A stretch of 64,000 bases of DNA. Source: Tubulanus polymorphus. Lineage: Eukaryota > Animalia > Nemertea. The notes under the pieces are model-generated. The model was not told the origin of the DNA. It saw only the letters and a program-made list of their open reading frames with translations, and searched no databases. The DNA is taken from the NCBI RefSeq assembly GCF_964204645.1, contig NC_134032.1:2752175-2816174 (forward strand), written 5' to 3'. The translations under genes were made by a program, and so were the position numbers. This document shows, piece after piece, positions 40,727 through 54,700 of the stretch; position 1 is the stretch's first letter, and every line of letters starts with the position of its first letter.

Positions 40727-40967
40727 GAAAACATCGCTTTGAATTACATCAAACCTGACAGAAAACATCGTCTTAAATTACATCAAACCTGACAGAAAAC
40801 ATCGTTTTGAATTACATCAAACCTGACAGAAAACATCGTCTTGAATTACATCAAACCTGGCAGAAAACATCGTCTTGAATTTCATCAAACCTGATGGAAA
40901 ACATCGTCTTGAATTACATCCAACCTGACAGAAAACATCGTTTTTCAATACATAACATCGTCTTAAA
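40727..40967. repeat. Minisatellite, 34-bp unit (gaattacatcaaacctgacagaaaacatcgtctt)
   Basis: About 6-7 head-to-tail copies with no unique spacers. Confidence 0.9.
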
Positions 40968-42670
40968 CTACATTGACATTCAAAATTACCCTATAGATAA
41001 ATGTAATTATTGTGGAGGAATTTATAAAAACACACTCTCGATTCGCCGCTATAACGCCTGAAATCATTTATGATATTACAAAACATTACATTCTAAACCA
41101 ATATATGTACGTTCAATTTCGTCGAATTTCATATTTATTCCTTTCAAATTTTTCTGAGGTTTCTGGAATACTAACTGCACGCAGCATTCTAAAGAATATC
41201 AACCGTTTACATAAAGAGTGGTCTGTGAGTTTGGCACCGAAAAGGTTTAGCTGTCTGAACCCCTCGCCCACACTCTAAATATTCAGGGCTTCACCTGAGG
41301 ACTAATAAAATGAACTAGAAACACAAGATATAAGACATTATATCAGAACACTTTCAAATTTCAAAAACCTGAATATCCACACTTCACATGTGTTCAGAAC
41401 TTCACCTGAGACATTTCTAATTGAAAATGAACTACAAACACCAGACATTAGACATTTTATCAGCTCACATATTTATCATATTTATCCATAGCTGATCGCC
41501 CATACTTCACATGTGTTCAGAACCTCTGGGTTGAAAATTCCCCCGAAGACGGATCAGGACTGTAAAATGTTTTAAAGGGGATGCACTGAAGGGTTCAGGA
41601 CAGAATATAGTGTGAAGGAATGCAAGGCTGCACATTGATACCTCGATTTCGTCGTTGGATCTGATTGACTGGTATTCGATCGACTTGCAAACGCGTCGTA
41701 CAATTCTAATTCCGCCGATTTGTAATTTTTACGGGGCATCGTATCGTGAAGAAAATGGCATGTACGCGTTCGCGAACTTAATGGTTGAGCAGCGCGAACA
41801 TGACTGGATGCAGTATGATGGATATCTTAATCGGAAGCAAAATCGAGAACCACGAAATCGATGACGAGTTTAACACGTCGACTACGGCGTGGATCGTGTA
41901 GGGCGTCCACGCCGCGCAGAACAACAACATCGAGTCTTGGTTAGTAGCGAGCGCCATCTTACGGCGTTTCTTGCGTCCTTTCGAATTAAGTCCTCTGTTG
42001 GTGTTTATAGAACGTGAATAACATAGCTATGAGAGGAATGATGAACCCGCCGATGAAGGCCGATAGTAAAAACGAGACGCACGATTTCTTCTTGTTTGGA
42101 AAGTTGTACGAACAGTAAACGGGTATAACACACTCCGTATGCTGGACTCACACTTGACATTCGGAGTAAGCGTTCGCTGTGGGGGAAAGGAGACCGTTTG
42201 CTGTGTCGCTTGAAGTGGTTATCGAGTTTTATGCGGCTTTAGGCCTACCGGTACTGAGCTTTACTGTCTCAAACAAACACAGTATAATTGTTGCGTTTAT
42301 TAACGGACTCATTGGATTGAACTTCAAAAGAAAATTTACGATATTTAGGTGGGTTGTTATTCAATAGGCCTACGACCAATCTGTCCAGATGTTAGGCCTA
42401 CGCATATACATAGGCCTACATAGGCTAGTAGCCTCTACTAGGTTAAAAATAAGTTCACTGTAAAGGAGTAATCAGATTTATTAAAATGCATGTTAATTAG
42501 TGATTAACTGGTTGTGACTTGCAACGATCAATCACAATTATCAATTTTATTGCCAAAAATAAAATGTTTTTTGAAAATTTTTTTGAGCAGACAGCTTTAT
42601 AAGCCAGACTTCTCATTTGAAATTTTTCATCATAAATGAAACTGGTATTTCATTAATTCCTAATGACTTA

Positions 42671-43036
42671 AGCAGGGCGTAGGTCGGCCTTGCGACGGCT
42701 TGTATCTCACTGCGATGCCATCACTGCGACCGCCAGCGACGATTTTCTCGCAACGACTCATCGACCTACGCTCCCTTGCGACGGGTTGCGACTTTCAGCA
42801 ACGCCAGTCACAAGGAGTCGCACGTGTTCTACTTTCTGCGACGCGACACGACTGTCACAACCGACTGACGCGCTCTTGCGACTCGCAGAAACTGGTCGCA
42901 CACACGACGCGCTCTTGCGACTGGCAGAAACTGGTCGCACACAGTCGCTGACAATCGTATCGCAACCGACTTGCACCAAAACTTGCGATGCAACACGAGG
43001 ATCGCATCGCGTCACAAGGCTGACCTACGTCCGGCG
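42671..43036. mobile_element. Harbinger-like MITE with internal tgcgac repeats
   Basis: Imperfect TIR agcagggcgtaggtcggccttgcgacg / cgtcacaaggctgacctacgtccggcg. Confidence 0.65.
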
Positions 43037-44685
43037 ATAAGTTAATGCGGAGCCACAGAAATATCTTTTTTTTCGTTCAAACGACCTTTCGCTTGAAAAT
43101 TCTTTCGTCGGAACAAAATTTATTTCATTCCAACCAATGATATTCTTTTCGATTGAACCAATTTGAAAAAATCGTTAGAACAAAGTTGAACAAACTTTTT
43201 TTGTCCAAACGAAAGGTTTTTCGTTCGAACAATTGTTCGATCGAACAGAATCGCTTTAATTTGAACATTCGTTCGAAAAGATTTTCATTCGAACTAGTAT
43301 ATTGTAAAAAAATTTTTCAACCAAAAGTATTAAGTATTTCGACAATCGAACAGAATTGTTTTCATTCAAACATTCGTTCGAAAAGAATTGTTTTCGCTCA
43401 ACCAGATTTTTTTGCAGGGACAAAATGTGTTTCATTTCAACAATAACAAAGCTTTTCATTCGAATACATTTTTATGTCATAATGAAGAAAGTTTTGGTTC
43501 AAACAAAAAGCGTATTGTTCGATCAAACAGAATTGTTTTCACTCGAACAAGATTTTCTTGTCGGAACGTTAAGTTTTTTGGTCGAACAACGTGTAAAGTT
43601 TGTTTTGGAAATTTACTCGGTCTGGTATATATTGGATTACTGTGTATGTCATTTGCCAGGACATTAAACAGAAGACGGGTTAGGACCTTGCGTGACTCCA
43701 CTAGTTAGACCGACTTATTCCAAGATGAGGCGTTCCGTTGATTTCGGCTACAAGTTTTCGTTCAGAGATAACTTCTGAGCCATTTGGGCGACTTATCATT
43801 GATACTGTTTCCTAATAGCCTGTTTAGTAATGGCTGATGTTGTGCCTTATCAAATGCTTTGTCGAAATCCACCGTTGAACAGGATTCTAAGACTGTGCAG
43901 AAAACCCGTTATCGCTGCTTTGCAGCTATATTTTAGTTTTGATTTTAATTTATTTCAGAGAAAAGCAGAAGATTAAAATTACAATAATGTTAAACAATTC
44001 AAATAAGAGAGAGAATCTTCGTTTTTAGATAGTGGAATTCGTCAACGGAACACAAGCTCACTTTGTATTATTCAGTAATGTTCAAAATGTTTGGGCTGTA
44101 TGGTCCGAATATGGGAACCAGAAAATCCACTTTAACAAAACATCGCCTCCCAGTGAGATCAACTCTATTCAAAATGAAAGCCCTATCTCTCAATTCAGAC
44201 AACTACAAGCGTGCAGGTGTTTGGTTGAATGTGTTTATATTACAGTCGACTATAAATTATAATTGTTAGAAGAAGAGACTTATTCTACTGCATTGTTCAA
44301 GTCCAGTATCTTCTTCTTCATGTTTTCTATTTAGGGATACATTTTTTCCAAGCGATTTTTATACTAATTGATTTAGTTAGGTGCTCTAGGCAAAATGTTC
44401 AGGCAATTGGATTTCAGAAATTTGAACAATACGAGCTGTGAGGATGTGTTGGACCAATCAGACTGAAACACCATGCGCCTTTCGTACGTACGCAGTCCTA
44501 GAAATACATTTGGGGAGTGTTAAAATCTTTGGGAAAAAGCCAATGAAAATTGTATTTATATATGACATGATTAGTTTAAAAACCAATCAGATTTTTAGAG
44601 GTTGGTCCAGATTTCGGAATGCACATATAATCAGTATTTTGGTGTCATCCGCCGCATTTAAATGAGAATTTCATCAGACGAGATC

Positions 44686-45012
44686 ATGAACGCGATCAAC
44701 ATTTTACTGGTCGGTGTTTTCTGTTCCGTCGTCGCTGATGCGGTTTTAACCGAGTTCCGTATTCAACAATTCACTCGACTGCCAGAATGTTTGATAGGCG
44801 ACAAACACCGCGAGATAAACTCACAAAACTGGGCGAAAACAAACCACGTGATCGCAAACAGAAATGTTCAAAACATCATCAAGTGCGCTCGTGATTGTAT
44901 GAAAGATCAGAAATGTTCGGACATGTCGTTCAACGGAGGATATCGTTACCTGTATGACGTCAACACCGACTACGCGTGCAGTGCCATCAACGGCATAACC
45001 AAGTACTACAAG
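44686..45012 (+). CDS. Exon of a secreted PAN/apple-domain protein
   Basis: Signal peptide MNAINILLVGVFCSVVADA; PAN-like VQNIIKCARDCMKDQKCSDMSF...YLY (last Cys appears as Arg); ends at donor AAG|gtaggt. Confidence 0.55.
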
Positions 45013-45820
45013 GTAGGTTCATTCAAATACTAAATATCAAGTAAATTACAGTAGACATAGTAACAATTTACTGAATGCATTCTTAGAATTTTAAAAATCT
45101 TTCAACGCAAAAAGAAATGATCCAGTTCAATAACTGTTACAGTAAACTTTGAACTTGATTTTTAGACTCCTGTGTCCATATATTATCACAGCACCCACCA
45201 AATATACAACACATTATACGAATAATCGATTCATTTAAGCGAAGAGTTCATTCAGATTTAATTGAAATGTAGAAGGAAATTGAACGTTGGCGACCAACTA
45301 TCTACAAGCGACACCTGGCGCATCCTCGCCTGCCATACGTGGAATCCTCGATTGCGACAGTAGCGGTGCGGGTATCTAATTAAAGCAGTTTATCGTAACG
45401 ATTTTACTTGTTTAAAATTGGATGCAGAATAGTGCGAGGTCGGGACTCGAAACTAACAAATGTGGCTTGGACTCTTGTTTTTGAAGTTGTCATTCAAAGA
45501 GTTAGTTCGTTGATGAGATATAGAACTGTTATAACTGAAATGTACCGTCCTCGTCAGTCTTTACAGTATGATATATACTTTCTATGGTCTTGCGCTTTAG
45601 GGAAGTCTATTTTTCATGATATTATGACATCAGTTAGTATAAAGTGACTTATAAGTCTTAATTACGGGTGGGTTCTAAATCTATGTATTAATATGTGATG
45701 TACAAGTCACTATAATAGATAGATAAGTAAATACATGAAAAAAATAAAATATTACGTTTCTGTCTCTTAATGCAAAATGATTTCGTGAATTAATACGTTT
45801 ATTATTAACATTTGTTTCAG

Positions 45821-45935
45821 AAGAGAGATGATGGACCGACCACTCCCGGTACGAGTCCCAGCAACCGAAGCAGCAGCAGCAACAGCAGCAGTCGCAGCCG
45901 TAGCAGCAGCAGTAAATCCATGTGTAGCAAAAACA
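45821..45935 (+). CDS. Probable downstream low-complexity exon of the same gene
   Basis: Strong acceptor tttgtttcag| and donor |gtaagt flank a (GCA)-rich segment. Reading frame uncertain. Confidence 0.4.
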
Positions 45936-46119
45936 GTAAGTTATTTGCCTATTATATTTGCATCTGGTTATCGCGGTAATCAAAGGGGATGAATAACACA
46001 CGAAATCTGCCGTAAACTATGCATGATTCTAACCCACAAAATCTAGAAAGGGGATACCTCAAACCAGTCGGCCAAGGCGCTTTTATGATATCTCAAGACG
46101 ACACTGTTACCAAAACGGA

Positions 46120-46530
46120 AGTAATAGGGGTAATGGGCTTTCAAGCCAAAGGTCGAACGGTCGAGCTCATTAAAAAACAAAACATTAAAAGTAATTTAAA
46201 ACTATAATATATTTTCATTACCGTGTGTATTTTATATTATAACTAAATATTTATTCTAAGATATTAATAATTTTAATTTTAAAAGCATATTGTATTAAAT
46301 CAATTGGTCGCTCCACTTCGCTACCGCTCCGCTCCGCGACCAATTGATTTATTTACAATACGCAAATTCATATAATCAAATATATTTTAATAATAATTAT
46401 TATTCTATTATTCAACTGAAATACACACGGTTATGAAAATATATTATAGTTTTAAATTACTTTTAATGTTTTGTTTTTAATGAACTCGACCATTCAACCT
46501 TTAACCTGAAAGCCCATTACCCCTATTACT
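46120..46530. repeat. ~410-bp imperfect palindrome at the left edge of the viral region
   Basis: agtaataggggtaatgggctttca... pairs with ...tgaaagcccattacccctattact. Inner stem taaatcaattggtcgc/gcgaccaattgattta surrounds a GC-rich loop centred at ~46323. No TSD found. Confidence 0.85.
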
Positions 46531-46736
46531 CTTAAAATATTCATGTAAATGAATAACATTTAAATTGACAGATTATTCAATATAAAAGTATATATTTACA
46601 ACATTATTTCAATATTCATATTTGTGTGAGTTAGATTTTTAAACATTAAAAGTGTTAGTAAAGTGTGATTGAAATAATACATGATATAAATCATTGAACT
46701 TCTAAAATCAATTTTAATAAAAAATTTAGTATTAAA

Positions 46737-49700
46737 ATGGAAGCAAATAAGTACTACTGCCCAACATGTAATATCAATATAGATAAATCCCAAAAAGCAA
46801 GACACAATAAAACTAAAACACATTTAGAGAATAAATTGAAATTAGAATATGAAGATGATATATTAGAAACTAAATTAGATGAATTAAAGAATGAAAAAGA
46901 AACATACAAATGTGATACATGTAATCAATCATTCAGTGATAAAAGATATTATAATGAACATTTAAAATCTAAAAGTCATATTAGAAATAAGAATAATGAT
47001 ATTTTAGGTGAAGATTATTTTGATAAAGATAAGAAACAGAAGACAATTAAAAGCATAAAAAATAAATTAAACAATAAAAGGCCATACATGGAAGATGTAA
47101 GAAATTATATTAATTCATTAGATAATAAAAAAGACATAGATATAACCGAAGCATTTAAAAGTGATATTGGTCCAGCAGCTATTGAGTTTAAATTTCATAA
47201 AGGAAAAACATTAGAAGAAAATAAAAAACATTTAGAAAATATGAAAGAAATAATAAAAATAATAACTGATGTTGAATATCCTAAAATAAGTATATCTTCT
47301 AAAGTTAAATTCATAAAATCTGAAGATAAACCAATATATAATATAAATTCTCATTCACAACATATTATATCTAAACAACATATAGATGATAAATTAGATA
47401 AATGTTATAATGAAGTAAAAACTCAAATAGAAGAGAAATATTTTGAAGGATCTGGTTTAATATTTGATGAGATAATATTTATGACTTTACATGTTTATAA
47501 AACAAAATATAATAAGTTAACTAAATCAAAACCAATTGATGAAAATAATTTATCATATTATAAAGAACCAGATATTGAAGCATCGAGTTATATTAAACAA
47601 CCATTTAAAACTAATGCTGTAATAAATGTACAAAATGAAGATGAAAATGTTTTCTATGGGCTATAATAAGTTGTTTACACCCAGTTGAAGATTATAAACA
47701 AAATAGTTTTAGATTAACTCATTATAAACCATTTGAAAATAATTATAAGATAGATAAGTATCCTGTTATAATTAAAAACATCCCAAAAATAGAAAGAGAT
47801 TATAATATAAAGATAAATGTATTTGATTTAATCAAATTACCAAATACAAAAGGTAACAATATAAAACATTATACATTAGAACCTTTATATCTATCAAAAG
47901 ATTATGATTCAAATGATGTTATAGATATACTATATAATGAGAATCATTATATGTGGATTAAACAAATCGATTTATTTTTTAAATCAGAAAATGATCACCA
48001 TAAAATATATCTTTGTAGAAAATGTTTACATAAATTCAGTAATGAAAGTACATTATTAAATCATAAACAATTATGTGAAAATCGTGATTATTGTAAATTA
48101 GTTTTACCAAATGAAAAGGATAAAATATTAGATTCAAAAAATATGATTACAAAAATAAAGTTCCATTTGTTATATATGGAGATTTTGAATCATACATTAT
48201 ATCTAAACAACATATAGATGATAAATTAGATAAATGTTATAATGAAGTAAAAACTAAAATAGAAGAGAAATATTTTGAAGGATCTGGTTTAATATTTGAT
48301 GAGATAATATTTATGACTTTACATGTTTATAACACAAAATATAATAAGTTAACTAAATCAAAACCAATAGATGAAAATAATTTATCATATTATAAAGAAC
48401 CAGATATTGAAGCATCGAGTTATATTAAACTACCATTTAAAACTAATGCTGTAATAAATGTACAAAATGAAGATGAAAATGTTTTCTATGGGCTATAATA
48501 AGTTGTTTACACCCAGTTGAAGATTATAAACAAAATAGTTTTAGATTAACTCATTATAAACCATTTGAAAATAATCATAAGATAGATAAGTATCCTGTTA
48601 TAATTAAAAACATCCCAAAAATAGAAAGAGATAATAATATAAAGATAAATGTATTTGATTTAATCAAATTACCAAATACAAAAGGTAACAATATAAAACA
48701 TTATACATAAGAACCTTTATATCTATCAAAAGATTATGATTCAAACGATGTTATAGATATACTATATTATGAGAATCATTATATGTGGATTAAACAAATC
48801 GATTTATTTTTTAAATCAGAAAATGATCACCATAAAATATATCTTTGTAGAAAATGTTTACATAAATTCAGTAATGAAAGTGCATTATTAAATCATACAC
48901 AATTATGTGAAAATCGTGATTATTGTAAATTAGTTTTACCAAATGAAAAGGATAAAATATTAGAATTAAAAAAATATGATTACAAAAATAAAGTTCCATT
49001 TGTTATATATGGAGATTTTGAATCATTAAATAAAGAACTAACTGATCAAGATAGAAAAGAAATATATCATAAAAGAAAGAAATTAAATTCTAATGAAAAT
49101 GATTTTTCAGATGAACCACCAAAAACAAATACTATTAAAAAGATTCATCAATCAGCTGCTGCTTTCGGGTTATATATTAAATCTGATTATCCAGAACTAA
49201 TTGAAAGTGAATATTATAATTATAGAAATGAAAATGTTATCAATCATGTTTGTGACTTATTAATTGAATATGAAATAAAATTTAATGAAAAGTTAAATAA
49301 AAATATAGAAATTATAATGACAGAAGAAGATAAAGAAGCATTTGCGTTTGCAGATAAATGTTATTATTGTGAAAAGATATTTAATTTTAGAGATAAAAAA
49401 GTAAGAGACCATGATCATTTGAACGGAAAGTTTAGAGGCGCCGCACATGAGAATTGTAACTTACAAGCTAAGAAAATTAACTTTGTACCAGTTATATTTC
49501 ATAATCTATCAGGATATGATGCACATTTATTTATCAAACAGTTATGTCATAAAATAGAAGAAATCAACAATGAAATAGAAAGATTAAATTCAAATAGATC
49601 AAAAGATAAAATACCAACTTATAAATTTAGAATGTTAGCTAAAACATCTGAGAATTATATATCATTCCAATTTGGTTGCCTAAGATTTATAGATTCATAT

Positions 49701-51591
49701 AGATTTTTAAATAGTTCATTGGATAGCTTATCAAAATCATTAGTTGATGATGAATTAAAGATATTAAAATAATATTACCCAAATATTGATGATTTTAAAT
49801 TAATGAGATATAAAGGAGCAATTCCATATTCTTTCTATAAAAATCATAATGATTTTAACATAACTGAATTATTAAAAGAACAATTCTATGATGAATTAAA
49901 AAATGAATATGTTAAAGATGAAGTATATAATAGAACATTGAATATTTGGAATCATTTCAAAATAGAAAATCATGGACAATTAGTAGATTTATATCTAAAA
50001 TCAGATGTATTATTATTAACCGATATATTCGAAAGGTTTAGAGATGTAAACCTAAAATATTTTAACATTGATCCTTGTCATTGTTATTCAAGTCCAGGTT
50101 TAACATGGGATTGTGGATTAAAATTTACAGATATAAAAATGGATTTGTTAACAAATATAGATCAATTACTATTATTTGAAAAATCTATAAGAGGAGGAGT
50201 TTCAGGTGTATTAGGGGATAGATATTTCAATGTAAATGATAACCCTGGATACAAGTTATTATATATAGATGCAAATAATTTGTATGGTTGGGCAATGATG
50301 GAACCACAACCTTATGGAGTATTTGAATTAACTGAAGTTTTACAGAATGAAAATAATGATAAATTTGATTGGAAGAAAAGAATTCTAGATATTGCAGATG
50401 ATTCAGATACTGGTTACTTCTTTGTTGTAGATTTAGAATATCCTGAAGATAAAAAATTTAAATCTAGAAATCTAGCTTACTGTCCCGAACATAAAACTGT
50501 AACTCATGAAGAACTATCAAATTATCAAAAAAGAATTAAACCCGAAAATCATATTCATACAGAAAAAATAATGGTAACTCAGGAAGATAAATATAATTAT
50601 GTAGTACATTACAGAATGTTAAAGTTTATTTGAATCAAGGAATGATTATAAAAAAAGTACATAGATATATTTCATTTAGCCAATCTAAGTGGTTAGAAAA
50701 ATATATAGATTTTAACACCAAACAGAGAACTGAAGCTAAAACTGATTTCGAAAAAGATTTCTTCAAGTTAATGAATAATGCATTCTATGGTAAGACTTGT
50801 GAAAATATTAGAAATAGAAATGATATTGAGTTAGTTAGTAATGGTAAAAGGATAAGGCATTTACAATTTTTAGGTAACAGAATATTTGATGAAAATTTAG
50901 CTGCAGTTAAAATGAGAAGAACATCAATGAAATTTAATAAACCAATCTATGTTGGTGCTTCAGTTTTAGAATTATCAAAATTACTAATGTATGAATTCTA
51001 TTATAATGTATTACAACCACTTTTTGGAGAAAAACATATAGAAATATTATATTTTGATACCGACAGTTACATATTAAAGATAAAAACTGATAACATAACA
51101 GATGATTTAAAAACATTAAAACATCATTTTGATTTTAGTAATTATCATAAAAATCATGAATTGTTTTGCAATGATAATAAAAAAGTTCCAGGGAAGTTTA
51201 AGGATGAATTAGGTGGTGAAGAAATGATTGAATTCATTGGTATTAGATCTAAAATGTATTCATATAAAACTAAAGAACATAAATCTAAAAAGTTAAAAGG
51301 AATAACCAAAAGTGTAGTAGAAAAAAGAATATTCATTTCAAAGATTACATCAATTGTATATTCAATGAAGAAGTTAGAAAACATAAGATGAGATGTTTAA
51401 GATCTGAAGATCATGAAATGTTTATTGAAGAAATTGAAAAGATAAGTCTAAACCCATTTGATGATAAAAGATATATTCTGGATGATGGAATTCATACAGT
51501 TGCTTATGGTTGCAATTTAGATGAATACTTAAAATTTAAAAGAGAAGAAACAAAAGAGAACGAGATAATGAAAAGAATTCTAACGTGTTAA
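46737..51591 (+). pseudogene. polB: Protein-primed family B DNA polymerase, copy 1 (intein-free), disrupted
   Basis: N-terminal C2H2-like fingers; SSYIKLP..AVINVQN; Exo motifs VIYGDFES, FHNLSGYD, LYLKSDV; Endo VII-like VRDHDHLNGKFRGAAHENCN; Pol motifs YIDANNLYGWAM, KLMNNAFYGK, YFDTDS; FDDKRY. Frameshifts at ~47650, ~50630 and ~51330, stop at 49770, and an internal 832-bp duplication. Confidence 0.92.
47363..49025 (+). repeat. 832-bp tandem duplication inside polB copy 1
   Basis: ctaaacaacatatagatg occurs at 47371 and 48203, and both units run to ggagattttgaatcat. Confidence 0.9.
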
Positions 51592-51716
51592 TCAAATTTT
51601 AATAAAAATATGTATTATAAATGGAGAGTTAAGTAATTGGGAAAGTAGGCTTTCAGATCAGAGGGCGAGAGGGCGAGACACCACTCATCACCACAAGTAA
51701 TTTTTTGTCCTAATAA

Positions 51717-54700
51717 ATGGGAGAGAATGAACACCAGCCAGAAAACAATAATGTTAATAAAAATCAATATTATTGCCAATATTGTAAAAAATACATCGAT
51801 ACATCTCATAAAACACGACATGAAAAAACTGCAAATCATATAAAAAATGTAATAGATTTTGAAACTCCAGAAAATTCCAATGAAAGAAAAGAAAGATTAG
51901 AAAATATGAATGTGGATGAAATAAAATATGAAGTTTGTAATGAATTTATAGTAAAAAGGAATTATAATAGACATCTCGAATCACAAAAACACCGCCAAAA
52001 TTTGAGTAATAATGTTTTAGGAAAAGATTATTTTGACGATAAACCTCAAAAAGTAAAAAACCAACTTCAAAAACTAAATCCATTTCAAATAAACCTTACA
52101 TGGAAAATGTTAGAAATTATATTGATTCACTAGAAATAAAAGATACAATTGAAATTTTAGAAACATTACATAGTAAAATTGGTCCTGCAGCTATTATATT
52201 TAGATTTTTTAAAGGTACAACAATAGAAGATTATAGTACATTTAATGAAATAATAGAAAAATTACTAGATTTGATAACAGATGTTGAATATCCAAAAATT
52301 AGTATCTCTGGGAAAGTAAGTTTTATAAAGTCAGAAGAAAAAATGAATTATAATATTCAAACACACTCTGAAGAAATAATTTCAAAAACACAAATAAAAG
52401 AGAAGTTTGAAAAAATATTTGATGAATTTAAACGTCATATTGAAGAAAAATATTTTGAGGGTTCTGGCTTAACATTGAACGAAATTATATATTTAGATTT
52501 AAATGTTTATAATACAAAAAGGAATAAAACATCAAAAAGTAATAAAATGTTTAAAAATGATTCAAACTTTACAACAGAAAAGGATATTAAAGCATCATCT
52601 TATATTAAATTACCATTTACAACAAAAGCAGTAATAAATGTTCAAAATGAAGATAATAAATGTTTTCTATGGTCAATTATTAGTTGCTTACATCCATCAC
52701 AGGAAAATGTTTGTAGAATAACAGATTATCGGAAATATGAAACATTATATAAAATTGATCAATATCCAGTAACTATAAAAATGATTCCTAAAATAGAAAA
52801 AGTTAATAATTTAAAAATAAATGTATTTGAATTAATGCAATTACCAAAGACAAAAGGTGAAAATATTAAAGATTATACATTGGAAGCTTTATATTTAACA
52901 GAATATTATGATGATGAAAATGCTATAGATTTGTTATATTACAAAAAAGATGAAAATGAACATTATATGTGGTTAAAACAAATTGATTTATTCTTTAGAA
53001 CAGAAAGTGATCATCATAATAAAATTTATCTATGTAGAAAATGTTTATCTAAATTTATGACTGAGAATGCGTTACTAAAACATAAAGAATTATGTGATAA
53101 TAAAGATTTTTGTAAATTAATAATGCCAACAGAAAAAGATTATAAATTGAAATTTACTAATCATAAATTTAAGAATATTGTTCCATTTGTAATTTATGGG
53201 GATTTTGAATCGTTGAATAAAGAATTAACTGATCAAGATAGAAAAGAAATATATAACAAAAAGCAATTATTAAAATCAATGGATAAAGGAAATGAATTAA
53301 ATGAAGACGCAACACAAGACCCACCAATTATAAATACAATTAAAAAAGTTCATCAAAGAGCTGCTGCTTATGGAATTGACATCATATCAAATTATCCCGA
53401 ATTATATGAAAGTCAATATATTTCTTTTAGAGGTGAAAATGTAGTTAATGATTTTTGTGATAAAATGATTGAATTAGAAAGTGATTTTACAAAATTATTA
53501 AACAAAAATAAAAGAATAGTTATGACAAAAGAAGATGAAATCGATTTTAATTATGCAACTCATTGTTGTTATTGTGAAAAACGTTTTTATTCATTTGATA
53601 AAAGAGTTAGAGATCATAATCATTTGAATTCAAAATATCGTGGAGCTGCTCATGAAGATTGCAATTTACAAGCTAAAAAAGTAAATTTCATACCAATATT
53701 ATTTCATAATTTATCAGGATATGATACCCATCTATTTATAAAACAATTATCGGGAAAATTGGGCGCAATTAATCAAGAAATAGAAGAATATAATGCTATG
53801 AATGAAGCAAATGTAAGAAAATATGATTTTAAACTATTAGCTAAAACATCTGAAAATTATATTTCATTTCAATTTGGTTGCATTAGATTTTTAGACTCTT
53901 ATAGATTTCTAGCAAGTTCATTAGATAATTTATCAAAAAGTTTAGTTGATAATGATTTTGTTATAACTCGATATTATTATCCAAATGAACAAGATTTTAA
54001 ATTATTGAGATATAAAGGCGCAATTCCTTATTCATTTTATAAAACACATGATGATTTTAATGTAACAGAATTATTAAAAGATCAATTTTATGATCAATTA
54101 AAAGAGGAGTATGTGAAAGACGAAGTGTTTAATAGAACATTAAATATTTGGAACCATTTTAAGATGAAAAATCATGGCGAATTAGTTGATTTATATTTAA
54201 AATCAGACGTTATGATATTGGCTGACATATTTGAAAAATTTAGAGAAGTTAATTTGAATCATTTTAATGTTGATCCTTGTTATTGCTACTCTAGTCCTGG
54301 TTTAACCTGGCAATGTGGTTTAAAATATACAAATGTAGAATTAGATTTATTAAAAGAACCAGATATGGTTTTATTATTTGAAAAATCAATTAGAGGTGGA
54401 ATTAGTGGTGTTATGGGAGATAGGTATTTTAAAGCAAATGATGAATATAAATTATTATATATTGACGCCAATAATTTATATGGTTGGGCAATGATGCAAC
54501 CTCAACCATATAAAAATTTTATATTAACAGAAGTTGAAAATGGTGATAAAACTGATTGGGAAAACGCAATTGCGAGTTTAAAAGATGAAGCACCAATTGG
54601 TTATTTCTTTGTAGTTGATTTAGAATATCCTGAAAATATAAAGTTTAAAACAAGAAACTTACCTTATTGCCCAGAACATTTAACTGTAGATGAAGAAAAT

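Noticed and set aside
40727-40967. 34-bp repeats (and 30-bp repeats at 3069-3198) as a CRISPR array
   Set aside because: Units are head-to-tail with no unique spacers, there are no cas genes, and the context is eukaryotic.
42690-43708. Overlapping ORFs of 67-116 aa
   Set aside because: They arise from MITE-internal repeats and degenerate ttcgttcgaa repeats, with no protein motifs.
38410-43950. 5.5-kb transposon bounded by inverted gcagcgataacgggtttctgc / gcagaaaacccgttatcgctgc
   Set aside because: No TSD or internal coding capacity; more simply two opposite-orientation ends of a short dispersed repeat.
45681-46001. Cys-rich (metallothionein-like) minus-strand ORF
   Set aside because: It is the antisense reading of a (GCA)n tract in a plus-strand exon-like segment.
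49355-49465. Endonuclease VII/HNH-like insert in pPolB as a novelty
   Set aside because: Real and present in both copies, but to my knowledge already a known feature of one Polinton pPolB group.
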